Shown here piece by piece: positions 8,945-16,696 of a stretch of 24,000 bases of DNA. Origin of the DNA: Tissierellaceae bacterium (lineage in GTDB: Bacteria; Bacillota; Clostridia; Tissierellales; Tissierellaceae); NCBI GenBank assembly GCA_035301545.1, contig DATGUA010000065.1, positions 13,519-37,518 on the forward strand. The letters are read 5' to 3'. The first letter of the stretch is position 1. Every line of letters starts with the position of its first letter. A program made the translations under genes and the position numbers. The notes beneath the pieces are model-generated. The model saw only the letters and a program-made list of their open reading frames with translations, was not told the origin of the DNA and searched no databases.

Positions 8945-9663
8945 AGAAATACCTAATTCGGAATATAATCCACAATAGTTTAGTAGATGGTCCAGGAAAT
9001 CGTACTGCCGTATTTCTACAAGGGTGTAATATTAAATGTGACTACTGTCATAATCCTGAAACGCAAAAAATCTATACCGATTATTCTAATTCTCCAGAAG
9101 CTACTAAATGGATGACATCAGAAGAAGTGTTTGAAGAAGTTAAGAAGGATATTCCATTTATAAGAGGAATTACTATTTCAGGAGGAGAATGTACTTTATA
9201 TCCTAAATTTTTAGAAGAATTATCTATCTTAAGTAGGGAGGCTGGACTCTCTGTTTTAATAGATAGTAATGGAACTGTAGACTTATCTAGATTTCCAAAG
9301 CTTATAGAATTGTGTAGTGGTGTTATCTTAGATATAAAAGCATGGAATCAAGAAAAATATAAAAATCTAACTGGTGGGAGTAATGAAGTTGTAAAAAGAA
9401 ATTTAAGGTTCTTATCAGATATGGATAAATTAGAAGAAATAAGAATAGTATGTATTCCAGGAGAGGTAGATGTAGAAGAGGCTTTAAAAGGAATAAAAGA
9501 TACTATTAGAGATAAGATTAATAATGTTAACTTGAAATTAATTAAATTTAGAAATCACGGTGTTGAAGGAAGACTTAAAGATACTGAAAGTCCTTCTGAT
9601 AACTATATGAATAGACTTAAAGACATAGCAGTAGAAATAGGATTTAAAGTTACAATAACTTAA
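8941..9663 (+). CDS. Glycyl-radical enzyme activating protein (radical SAM, YjjW/PflA-like)
   Basis: The N-terminal VDGPGNRTAVFLQGCNIKCDYCHNPET has the CX3CX2C radical-SAM cluster in the GRE-activase context (GPG.R...F.QGC). The SAM-binding motif is ITISGGECTL. 240 aa. Confidence 0.85.
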   Translation: MKKYLIRNIIHNSLVDGPGNRTAVFLQGCNIKCDYCHNPETQKIYTDYSNSPEATKWMTSEEVFEEVKKDIPFIRGITISGGECTLYPKFLEELSILSREAGLSVLIDSNGTVDLSRFPKLIELCSGVILDIKAWNQEKYKNLTGGSNEVVKRNLRFLSDMDKLEEIRIVCIPGEVDVEEALKGIKDTIRDKINNVNLKLIKFRNHGVEGRLKDTESPSDNYMNRLKDIAVEIGFKVTIT

Positions 9664-9690
9664 GATTTTAAATTCCTAATATGTTTTTTA

Positions 9691-9717
9691 TGATTATTCT
9701 TCCTGTTACTGGGTAAT
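9691..9717 (+). promoter_or_regulatory. Putative sigma-B-type promoter of csbD copy 1
   Basis: TGATT (9691-9695), 15-nt spacer, GGGTAAT (9711-9717). This resembles general-stress sigma-B promoters (B. subtilis GTTTAA-N12-15-GGGWAW; clostridial WGWTT-N13-17-(G/T)GGTAWA, recalled from memory). csbD is a classic sigma-B regulon member. Confidence 0.45.
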
Positions 9718-9749
9718 AACTTAATAGAATAAAAAGGAGGAATAAGAGT

Positions 9750-9947
9750 ATGGATACAGATAAACTAGAAGGCAAGTGGGAACAATTAAAAGGAAGTGCA
9801 CAAAGAAACTGGGGTAAATTAACAAATGATGATTTAGATATTATTGAAGGAGATAGTAAAAAACTAGCAGGTAAACTACAAGAAAGATATGGTATGTCCA
9901 AAGAAGAAGCAGAAAAACAAATTGAGGATTTTAGAAATCAATATTAA
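9750..9947 (+). CDS. csbD: CsbD-family general stress protein (copy 1)
   Basis: 65 aa. KGKWEQLKGSAQRNWGKLTNDDLD..GD..KL.GKLQERYG.SKEEAEKQI is the CsbD signature. AAAGGAGG RBS. Confidence 0.85.
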   Translation: MDTDKLEGKWEQLKGSAQRNWGKLTNDDLDIIEGDSKKLAGKLQERYGMSKEEAEKQIEDFRNQY

Positions 9948-9975
9948 TCAATATTAATAATTAAGTTTTTATTTA

Positions 9976-10010
9976 AAGACAATCTATTTATAAATAGGTT
10001 GTCTTTTGTT
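9976..10010 (+). terminator. Rho-independent terminator after csbD copy 1
   Basis: AAGACAATCTATTTA pairs with TAAATAGGTTGTCTT (one G-U pair), followed by TTTTGTT. Confidence 0.7.
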
Positions 10011-10051
10011 TCCCTATAATCTGATATTCGTAAGTATTTGATTTATATTTA

Positions 10052-10078
10052 TGGTTATTTTATCCTTGGATAGGTAAT
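10052..10078 (+). promoter_or_regulatory. Putative sigma-B-type promoter of csbD copy 2
   Basis: TGGTT (10052-10056), 15-nt spacer, AGGTAAT (10072-10078). The geometry is the same as upstream of copy 1, and the sequences align. Confidence 0.4.
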
Positions 10079-10113
10079 AATACAGTATAAGAAAAAGAAG
10101 GAGGAATCAAATA

Positions 10114-10305
10114 ATGGATACAGATATTTTTAAAGGAAAATGGGAACAAGTAAAGGGTAGTATACAAAAGAACTGGGGCAAACTAACTGATGATGATTTA
10201 GATGTTATAAAAGGAGATACTAAAAAGCTAATAGGAAGATTACAAGAAAGATATGGCATATCTAAAGAGGAAGCAAAAAAACAAATTGAAAAATTTAATC
10301 TTTAA
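10114..10305 (+). CDS. csbD: CsbD-family general stress protein (copy 2)
   Basis: 63 aa. By hand alignment about 46 of 63 positions are identical to copy 1. AAGGAGG RBS. Confidence 0.85.
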   Translation: MDTDIFKGKWEQVKGSIQKNWGKLTDDDLDVIKGDTKKLIGRLQERYGISKEEAKKQIEKFNL

Positions 10306-10334
10306 TATTAAATTTTTTGATTTATATTGAAACA

Positions 10335-10375
10335 TTAAGGGATAATCTAATTTAGATTATCCCTTAATATATTAT
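10335..10375 (+). terminator. Hairpin terminator after csbD copy 2
   Basis: A perfect 16-nt inverted repeat, TTAAGGGATAATCTAA (10335-10350) / TTAGATTATCCCTTAA (10352-10367), followed by an A/T-rich, interrupted U tract. Confidence 0.55.
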
Positions 10376-10377
10376 TA

Positions 10378-10386
10378 TGGTATAAT
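10378..10386 (+). promoter_or_regulatory. Putative extended -10 promoter element of the tsaE operon
   Basis: TGgTATAAT at 10378-10386, about 40 nt upstream of the tsaE start. No good -35 is present. Confidence 0.35.
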
Positions 10387-10426
10387 GGAGTATTGATATA
10401 AACTATAAATTTGAGAAGGTGATATA

Positions 10427-10879
10427 TTGGAAATTAAATTAAATAGTTTAGAAGATATGGGGAAATTTGGAATTAGATTAGGGAAAGTTTTAAGATCTGG
10501 AGACATACTGTGTTTAAATGGTGATTTAGGAGCAGGAAAGACTACTATGACTAAATCTATAGGTCTAGGCTTGGAAGTGGAAGAATATATTACTAGTCCT
10601 ACCTTTGCACTTATAAATGAATATAAAGGTAGGATACCTGTATATCATTTCGACGTATATAGATTAGAAAATATAGAAGAACTAGATGATTTAGGATTTG
10701 ATGATTATTTTTATGGAGAGGGAGTATCTATTATTGAATGGGCAGAAAAGATAGAGAAAATGTTACCGAAAGATAGAATAATAATAGATATAAAAAAAGG
10801 TAATACTGAAGATGAAAGAATTCTTTATATACATGGATCAGGAAATAGATATAAGGAAATACTAAAGGAGTTGAAATAA
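10427..10879 (+). CDS. tsaE: tRNA t6A37 threonylcarbamoyladenosine biosynthesis ATPase TsaE
   Basis: 150 aa with a TTG start. Walker A in TsaE context (GDLGAGKTT), SPTF.L..EY and H.D.YR motifs. It is the first gene of the conserved tsaE-tsaB-rimI-tsaD operon. Confidence 0.9.
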   Translation: MEIKLNSLEDMGKFGIRLGKVLRSGDILCLNGDLGAGKTTMTKSIGLGLEVEEYITSPTFALINEYKGRIPVYHFDVYRLENIEELDDLGFDDYFYGEGVSIIEWAEKIEKMLPKDRIIIDIKKGNTEDERILYIHGSGNRYKEILKELK

Positions 10880-10881
10880 AT

Positions 10882-11568
10882 TTGAAAGTGCTAGGATTAG
10901 ATACATCTACTATGACATCTACCTGTGCAGTTATAGAAGATGGTAAACTATTAGGAGAATATTCCTTAAGTCAAGATATGAGCCATTCAGAAAAGTTAGT
11001 TCCTATGATAAAAGAAGTATTAGATAGTTTAAATTTAAAAACAAAAGATATAGATCTTTATGGAGTAGCTATAGGTCCAGGATCTTTTACAGGATTAAGA
11101 ATAGGTATAGCAACTATGAAATCATTAGCTCATCTATTTGACAAACCTATAGTAGGAGTATCTACTTTAAAAGGATTAGCTTATAATTTAGCTTATAATG
11201 ATATTGTTCTACCTATGATAGACGCTAGAAGAGATAGAGTATATACAGGAATATACTCTTGGGAGAAGGAAAATATTAATGAAATAATGAAACCGAGTGT
11301 TGTACCTATAGAAGATCTAGTAAATAAACTAAAAGAATATGATAATATAAGTGTTAATGGAAATGGAGTAGAAGTTTACAAGAAATATCTAAAAGAGAAT
11401 TTAAAAGATAAGGTTAGATTTTCTACAGTAGGCCAAAATATATGTAAAGCTTCTAGTATAGCAGAATTGGCTGAAATAGAGTATAAGCAGGGAAAAGTTG
11501 ATAACTATTATACTTTAGCTCCAGATTATTTAAGAGAGACCCAAGCTGAAAGAGAATCAAATTTATAA
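10882..11568 (+). CDS. tsaB: tRNA t6A37 biosynthesis protein TsaB (YeaZ)
   Basis: 228 aa. MKVLGLDTST..., GPGSFTGLRIG and operon context support the call. The TTG start is 2 nt after the tsaE stop. Confidence 0.9.
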   Translation: MKVLGLDTSTMTSTCAVIEDGKLLGEYSLSQDMSHSEKLVPMIKEVLDSLNLKTKDIDLYGVAIGPGSFTGLRIGIATMKSLAHLFDKPIVGVSTLKGLAYNLAYNDIVLPMIDARRDRVYTGIYSWEKENINEIMKPSVVPIEDLVNKLKEYDNISVNGNGVEVYKKYLKENLKDKVRFSTVGQNICKASSIAELAEIEYKQGKVDNYYTLAPDYLRETQAERESNL

Positions 11569-11594
11569 TATTTTAAAACAAAGGAGGCCAGTAG

Positions 11595-12044
11595 ATGGAG
11601 GTTAATATTAGAACTATAATAGAAGAAGACATAGACAGTATAGTAAAGATTGAAAAAGAAGCTTTTTCCAATCCATGGCCTAGAGAATCTTTTATAGTAG
11701 AACTTCAAGATAATCTTTTAGCTCGATATATAGTAGCTGAGTTAGATAAAAAGGTGGTAGGATATGCAGGAGTGTGGTTTATTTTAGATGAAGGTCACAT
11801 CACTAATATAGCAGTTAGAAGATCTTACAAAGGACAAGGTATAGGAAATCAGCTTTTAGAAGGATTAATTACTTATTGTGAGCTTAAAGGTATAAGACAT
11901 ATGACTTTAGAAGTGAGAAGGTCTAATTATATAGCTCAAAATTTATATAAAAAGTATGGGTTTGTAGAATATGGAATAAGACCAAAATATTATCAAGATA
12001 ATGAAGATGCAATTATAATGTGGAGAAGTAATAAGAAGAGGTGA
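11595..12044 (+). CDS. rimI: Ribosomal-protein-alanine N-acetyltransferase RimI (GNAT)
   Basis: 149 aa GNAT with an acetyl-CoA motif ([14 protein letters not shown]), in the canonical position between tsaB and tsaD. Confidence 0.85.
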   Translation: MEVNIRTIIEEDIDSIVKIEKEAFSNPWPRESFIVELQDNLLARYIVAELDKKVVGYAGVWFILDEGHITNIAVRRSYKGQGIGNQLLEGLITYCELKGIRHMTLEVRRSNYIAQNLYKKYGFVEYGIRPKYYQDNEDAIIMWRSNKKR

Positions 12045-12048
12045 TTTT

Positions 12049-13053
12049 ATGTTAGTATTAGCTATAGAAACTTCCTGTGATGAAACATCTGCTGCAGTAG
12101 TTAAAGATGGAAGGGAAGTTTTATCAAATATAATATCCTCCCAAATAGATATTCACAAAAGGTTTGGGGGAGTAGTACCAGAAATAGCATCTAGAAAACA
12201 TATAGAAAGTATAAATAATATAATACAAGAAGCACTAGATAAGTCTAAATCTACTTTTGAAGATATAGATTTAATAGCTGTTACTCAGGGTCCAGGATTA
12301 GTAGGAGCATTATTAGTAGGAATATCTTCAGCTAAGGCTTTAGCTTATGGGCTAAATAAGCCTATAATAGCAGTCAACCATATAGAAGGTCATGTAGCTT
12401 CTAATTATATAGAATATAAGGATTTAAAGCCACCGTTTACTTCATTAATAGTATCAGGAGGGCACACATATCTGATACAAGTAAATGATTATACAGATTA
12501 TGAATTAATAGGACGAACTAGAGATGATGCAGCAGGAGAAGCTTTTGATAAGGTAGCAAGATCCCTAGGATTACCATATCCAGGAGGACCATATATTGAT
12601 AAATTAGCTAAGGAAGGAAATAATAAAAGTGTAGATTTTCCTAGAGTATTTTTAGAAAAAGATTCTTATGATTTTAGTTTTAGTGGATTGAAAACTGCTG
12701 TATTAAATTATTTAAATCAAGCTAAACAAAAGAATCAGGAAATAGTAATAAAAGATGTGGCAGCAAGTTTTCAACAATCAGTATTAGATGTACTTGTGGA
12801 TAAAACATTTAAATTAGCAAAAGAAAAAGATTCTAAAAAAATAGCTCTAGCAGGAGGAGTAGCTGCTAATGAAGGTTTAAGAAATATGCTAAAAGCTAGA
12901 GGGGAAGAGGAAGGAATAGAAATCTATTATCCTTCAAAAATATTATGTACAGATAATGCAGCTATGATTGGAGCAGCAGGATATTTCAATTATAAGGATG
13001 GAGTAGAATCTGATCTAGACTTTAAAGTAGAGCCTAACTTAGGTATAGATTAA
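12049..13053 (+). CDS. tsaD: tRNA N6-adenosine threonylcarbamoyltransferase TsaD (Gcp/Kae1 family)
   Basis: 334 aa. [11 protein letters not shown], the HIEGH metal motif, SGGHT and GGVAAN are present. Confidence 0.95.
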   Translation: MLVLAIETSCDETSAAVVKDGREVLSNIISSQIDIHKRFGGVVPEIASRKHIESINNIIQEALDKSKSTFEDIDLIAVTQGPGLVGALLVGISSAKALAYGLNKPIIAVNHIEGHVASNYIEYKDLKPPFTSLIVSGGHTYLIQVNDYTDYELIGRTRDDAAGEAFDKVARSLGLPYPGGPYIDKLAKEGNNKSVDFPRVFLEKDSYDFSFSGLKTAVLNYLNQAKQKNQEIVIKDVAASFQQSVLDVLVDKTFKLAKEKDSKKIALAGGVAANEGLRNMLKARGEEEGIEIYYPSKILCTDNAAMIGAAGYFNYKDGVESDLDFKVEPNLGID

Positions 13054-13068
13054 CAAAGTTCAACAAAA

Positions 13069-13243
13069 TAAACCACAATTTATACACAAGTTTCTTATAA
13101 TTCTTAATAGGAAAGCTGTGGATAATGTGGAATTAGTTCACAAACTTGTAGAAAATCCATAGGAATATGTGGATAAGTATGTGGATACTGTTTATAAGCA
13201 TAGGTTTTAAGTGGATATTGTTATTCTGTTAGCAATATCCACC
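13069..13243. promoter_or_regulatory. DnaA-box cluster in the tsaD / ABC-F convergent intergenic region
   Basis: Matches to TTATNCACA: TTATACACA (+, 13080-13088); TGTGGATAA, the reverse complement of TTATCCACA, at 13117-13125 and at 13168-13176. TGTGGATAC at 13180-13188 has 1 mismatch. Two-mismatch boxes lie at 13069-13077, 13210-13218 and 13235-13243. A further perfect TGTGGATAA sits inside tsaD at 12795-12803. Confidence 0.7.
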
Positions 13244-15128
13244 TTTCATATAGTTTATCTAAATCGACTTGAATAGACTCTCTCTTTTGAGTTAATTCGA
13301 TAACTTTTTTATGATCATCATATGTTTCAGACTTACTTAGAGTATTATCTATTTCCTTTATTTTATTCTCATATAGACGAATTTCTTCTTCTAAATTAGA
13401 AATATCTTCTTTAATTTTTCTTTTCTCTCTTAGTAATTCCCTTTCTTTTTCTTGTTCTAATTTAATTTGAGTCCTAGTTTTTTCTTCTATCTCTTCTTCT
13501 TCATATAGGATTTCGTTTTTCTTTGCTAGATAATAATCATAATTACCTAGATATTCACTAATTCCATCTTCAGTTAATTCTAATATTTTAGTAGTAGTTC
13601 TATTTAAGAAATATCTATCATGAGAGATAACAAAGATAGTACCTGTATAATCTAATAAAGCATCTTCTAGTATTTCTTTAGAATCTATATCTAAATGATT
13701 AGTAGGTTCATCCATTAGTAAAAAGTTAGCTTTAGATAACATTAACTTAAGTAGGCTTAATCTTCCCTTCTCCCCACCACTGAGAGTAGATATTTCTTTT
13801 AGTATATCATCTCCTATAAAAAGAAATTGGCTTAAAAGAGTTCTAATATCATAATATGTTAATTTAGGATTTTCATCCCAAATTTCATCCATAACAGTCT
13901 TATTTAAATTTAAGTTTTTCATTTCTTGATCAAAGTAACCAATATGAACTTTATGACCAGGTTTAATTTCTCCTCCATCATAATCTAAATTTCCTAAGAT
14001 CATTTTAAATAATGTAGTCTTACCTATACCATTCGGACCTATAAGTCCAACTCGTTCTCCTCTATATATATTAAATTCTATATTTTCTAGTAGAGTAAAG
14101 TCACTAAAACTTTTTTTAAGATTTTCTACATGTAAAACATCTCGTCCAGATTTGAATTTAGGTTCAAAGCTTAATTTAGTTTTAGTAGAATTAAGAGGTT
14201 TATTTAATTTTTTCATATTGTCTAATAATTTTTGTCTACTTCTCGCCTGATTTTTATATCTTGCATCCCCATAGTTTTGAAACCGTTCGATGATTTCTTC
14301 TTGTCTTTTAATTTCTTTCTGTTGATCTTCATACTGTTTTTTCATAAGATCTAGATCTTTCTTCCTCTGAATCATAAATTTAGTATAATTAGTATTATAA
14401 ATATGGATACCCTGATTTTCTAAGTAAAATATTCTATTTACTACGTTATCTAAAAAGTACCGATCATGGGATATTATTAATACAGTTCCTTGAAACTCAT
14501 TTAAAAACTTTTCCAGCCAATTTATAGCCTCAATATCCAAATGATTAGTAGGCTCGTCTAATAATAAAAGATCTGGATCTTTTAATAATAGTTTAGCTAA
14601 AGCTACTCTAGCTTTTTGTCCACCACTTAATAAATTAACCTCCTTAGCAAACTCTTCTTCAGTAAATCCTAAGCCTGTAAGTACTCCTCTAATATCAGAT
14701 TTATAACCATAACCATTAATCTCAACAAAATTTTCAGAGAGTCGACCATAACTTTCCATTAATCTATTTAACTTTTCAGATTCTCCTTTTGATCCTTCTT
14801 CAGAAATTAAATTTTCTAATTTTCTTAATTGATTTTCCATTTTTATTAAATCTTTAAATACTTCTAAACACTCTTCATAGATAGTCTTTGTACTATTTAT
14901 ATTAATATTTTGTTTTAAATATCCTAATTTAAGATCTCTAGATACAAATAAATCTCCACTATCTGGACTAATGGTTCCAGATATTATATTTAATAATGTA
15001 GTCTTACCTGATCCGTTTAATCCTATTAATCCGATTTTATCTCTATCTTCTACTGTAAAACTAATATTTTCTAATATAGTATCTATAATATATGTTTTTG
15101 TAATATTTCTACATGATAGTATTGACAT
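13221..15128 (-). CDS. ABC-F family ATPase (two ABC domains, no TM domain, C-terminal coiled-coil tail)
   Basis: 635 aa. Walker A GLNGSGKTT and GPNGIGKTT; signatures LSGGQKARV and LSGGEKGRL; Walker B LLLLDEPTNHLD and FLLMDEPTNHLD. A charged inter-domain linker and a Glu/Lys-rich C-terminus are present. Position and orientation match B. subtilis ydiF downstream of gcp. Confidence 0.9.
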   Translation of the reverse strand: MSILSCRNITKTYIIDTILENISFTVEDRDKIGLIGLNGSGKTTLLNIISGTISPDSGDLFVSRDLKLGYLKQNININSTKTIYEECLEVFKDLIKMENQLRKLENLISEEGSKGESEKLNRLMESYGRLSENFVEINGYGYKSDIRGVLTGLGFTEEEFAKEVNLLSGGQKARVALAKLLLKDPDLLLLDEPTNHLDIEAINWLEKFLNEFQGTVLIISHDRYFLDNVVNRIFYLENQGIHIYNTNYTKFMIQRKKDLDLMKKQYEDQQKEIKRQEEIIERFQNYGDARYKNQARSRQKLLDNMKKLNKPLNSTKTKLSFEPKFKSGRDVLHVENLKKSFSDFTLLENIEFNIYRGERVGLIGPNGIGKTTLFKMILGNLDYDGGEIKPGHKVHIGYFDQEMKNLNLNKTVMDEIWDENPKLTYYDIRTLLSQFLFIGDDILKEISTLSGGEKGRLSLLKLMLSKANFLLMDEPTNHLDIDSKEILEDALLDYTGTIFVISHDRYFLNRTTTKILELTEDGISEYLGNYDYYLAKKNEILYEEEEIEEKTRTQIKLEQEKERELLREKRKIKEDISNLEEEIRLYENKIKEIDNTLSKSETYDDHKKVIELTQKRESIQVDLDKLYERWILLTE

Positions 15129-15157
15129 TTACAAATCCTCCTAATAATTCTAATACT

Positions 15158-15186
15158 ATTGTATCAAAAAATATTAATTCAGTAAA
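15158..15186 (-). promoter_or_regulatory. Putative sigma-A promoter of the ABC-F gene
   Basis: Read on the - strand: TTTACT (plus coordinates 15181-15186), 17-nt spacer, TGaTACAAT (extended -10, plus coordinates 15158-15166). This leaves a 5' UTR of only about 25 nt. Confidence 0.45.
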
Positions 15187-15201
15187 TTTTATATTATTTG
15201 T

Positions 15202-15229
15202 TTGGAGAAAGATAAAAATAATGTATAAT
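15202..15229 (+). promoter_or_regulatory. Putative sigma-A promoter of brnQ
   Basis: TTGGAG (15202-15207), 16-nt spacer, TATAAT (15224-15229). Confidence 0.45.
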
Positions 15230-15291
15230 AGAGTGAACTGTATTAATTTAAAGTAATCTAGTCAAAGAAAGATAGCTAAAGGAGGATATAT

Positions 15292-16593
15292 TTGAATAAA
15301 GAAAAGATAAAAATAAAAGATATTATAGTATCAGGATTTGCCTTATTTGCAATATTTTTTGGAGCTGGTAATTTAATCTTACCTCCATATATAGGGATAA
15401 ATGCAGGACAAAACTGGATACCTGCTTGGATAGGATTTGCTTTATCTGGACCTGGTTTAACTTGTATTGGTATGATAGCTATGGCAAAAAATCAAGGAGA
15501 TCCAGAAAAATTTGCTGGAAAGGTAGGGTCTAAATTTAGTATTATATTAGGTAGTTTATTAATACTATTTATAGGACCTTTAATGTCCGTACCTAGAACT
15601 GGAGCCACTACTTTTGAAATATCTATATTACCATTTTTTCCAAACTTTAGTCCTATATTATTTTCTATTATATTTTTTGGAATAACTTTATATTTTGCTA
15701 TAAATAAATCTAGGATTATAGATATAATAGGGAATTATATGACACCATTTTTACTTTTTATACTTTTAATAATTATATTTAAAGGAATATTAACTCCAAT
15801 TAAACCTACACCAATAATAGGAGAAAATCAGTTTAGTTTAGGATTTTTAGAAGGATATCATACAATGGATTCATTATCTCCTATGGTTCTAGCAGGAATG
15901 ATAATTTCTAATTTTAGACAAAAGGGAATAAGATCTAAAGAAACCTTAACTACATATACTATATATACTGAATTAATAGCTGCTACAAGTCTTACATTAA
16001 TTTATGGTGGATTAACTTATTTAGGGGCAAAAGCTTTTGATATAGTTCCTGAAGGATTAGGAAGGACGGAATTATTAAATGCTATAGTCTATTACCTATT
16101 AGGAGAATATGGAAAAATATCATTAGGCTTAATAGTGGCATTAGCCTGTATTACTACATCTATAGGATTAATTTCAGCAACTGGAGAATTCTTTAGTAAA
16201 GTTACTAAAGATAAATTAAAGTATGAATATATAGTAGTAATATCTGTAATAATAAGTGGGATATTATCTATTGTAGGGGTAGAAGGAATTATAAGGTTTT
16301 CAGAACCTATATTAATAAGTATATATCCAGTAGTAATAGTATTATCTTTTTTGAATTTATTTAATAATTATATAAAAGATGACCTAATTTATAAAACTAC
16401 TGTATATTTTACATTAGGAATAAGCTTAATATTAGGAATAGAAGCTTTAGGATATGAAAATATATTATTAGTAAAATTAGCTTCTAAATTACCTTTATGG
16501 GAATTAGGATTTCCTTGGATATTAATATCATTTTTAGGATTAATCTTAGGTTGGTTATTTTCTAAATATAGATCAGATGAAATAGAATTATAA
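15292..16593 (+). CDS. brnQ: Branched-chain amino acid transport system II carrier protein (LIVCS family)
   Basis: 433 aa, about 12 TM segments. The N-terminal signature FALFAIFFGAGNLILPP is typical of BrnQ. TTG start behind AAAGGAGG. Confidence 0.88.
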   Translation: MNKEKIKIKDIIVSGFALFAIFFGAGNLILPPYIGINAGQNWIPAWIGFALSGPGLTCIGMIAMAKNQGDPEKFAGKVGSKFSIILGSLLILFIGPLMSVPRTGATTFEISILPFFPNFSPILFSIIFFGITLYFAINKSRIIDIIGNYMTPFLLFILLIIIFKGILTPIKPTPIIGENQFSLGFLEGYHTMDSLSPMVLAGMIISNFRQKGIRSKETLTTYTIYTELIAATSLTLIYGGLTYLGAKAFDIVPEGLGRTELLNAIVYYLLGEYGKISLGLIVALACITTSIGLISATGEFFSKVTKDKLKYEYIVVISVIISGILSIVGVEGIIRFSEPILISIYPVVIVLSFLNLFNNYIKDDLIYKTTVYFTLGISLILGIEALGYENILLVKLASKLPLWELGFPWILISFLGLILGWLFSKYRSDEIEL

Positions 16594-16629
16594 ATCTGAT
16601 ATACTCCTAATAATCTAATAGTTAAAAAA

Positions 16630-16658
16630 TTGACCTAAACATCTTAGAGTGATATAAT
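16630..16658 (+). promoter_or_regulatory. Putative sigma-A promoter of rex
   Basis: TTGACC (16630-16635), 17-nt spacer, TATAAT (16653-16658). Confidence 0.6.
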
Positions 16659-16696
16659 CGTAATAATTGAATTAATAGTATAGGTGGTGAAAATGA

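Noticed and set aside
9630-9690. Possible weak terminator after the activase gene (TAGGA.TTTA ... TAAA.TCCTA followed by TGTTTTTT)
   Set aside because: The stem needs a bulge and a loop of about 21 nt. That is too weak to call, although the T run at 9684-9689 leaves some chance of partial termination.
13137-13153. Rex-operator-like sequence TTCACAAACTTGTAGAA; I also looked for TTGTGAA/TTGTTAA-N4-6-TTCACAA/TTAACAA upstream of rex
   Set aside because: The half-sites are in the reverse (outward) arrangement and the second half is imperfect. No proper Rex palindrome was found in the rex promoter region or elsewhere in the window.
13167-13232. 21-aa hydrophobic ORF (MWISMWILFISIGFKWILLFC) inside the DnaA-box cluster
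   Set aside because: Its codons are simply the TGTGGATAA repeats read in frame. The only SD-like AGGAA ends 1 nt before the ATG, which is too close, so it is most likely not translated.
13069-13243. Interpretation of the DnaA-box cluster as the replication origin oriC
   Set aside because: No dnaA, dnaN or rpmH genes and no AT-rich 13-mer/DUE-type unwinding repeats are adjacent. The cluster sits between the ends of two convergent genes, which fits a secondary DnaA-binding cluster better.
13221-15157. ABC-F gene as an antibiotic-resistance (ARE) ABC-F with a regulatory leader
   Set aside because: The predicted 5' UTR is only about 25 nt, with no leader peptide or attenuator hairpins of the kind seen upstream of vmlR/msr/lsa-type genes. 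The conserved housekeeping synteny (ydiF position) argues for a core translation-factor ABC-F.
15171-15195. Possible CodY box (AATTTTCWGAAAATT) upstream of brnQ, around AATTCAGTAAATTTT
   Set aside because: The best alignment I could make has about 6 mismatches out of 15, which is not better than expected in AT-rich DNA.
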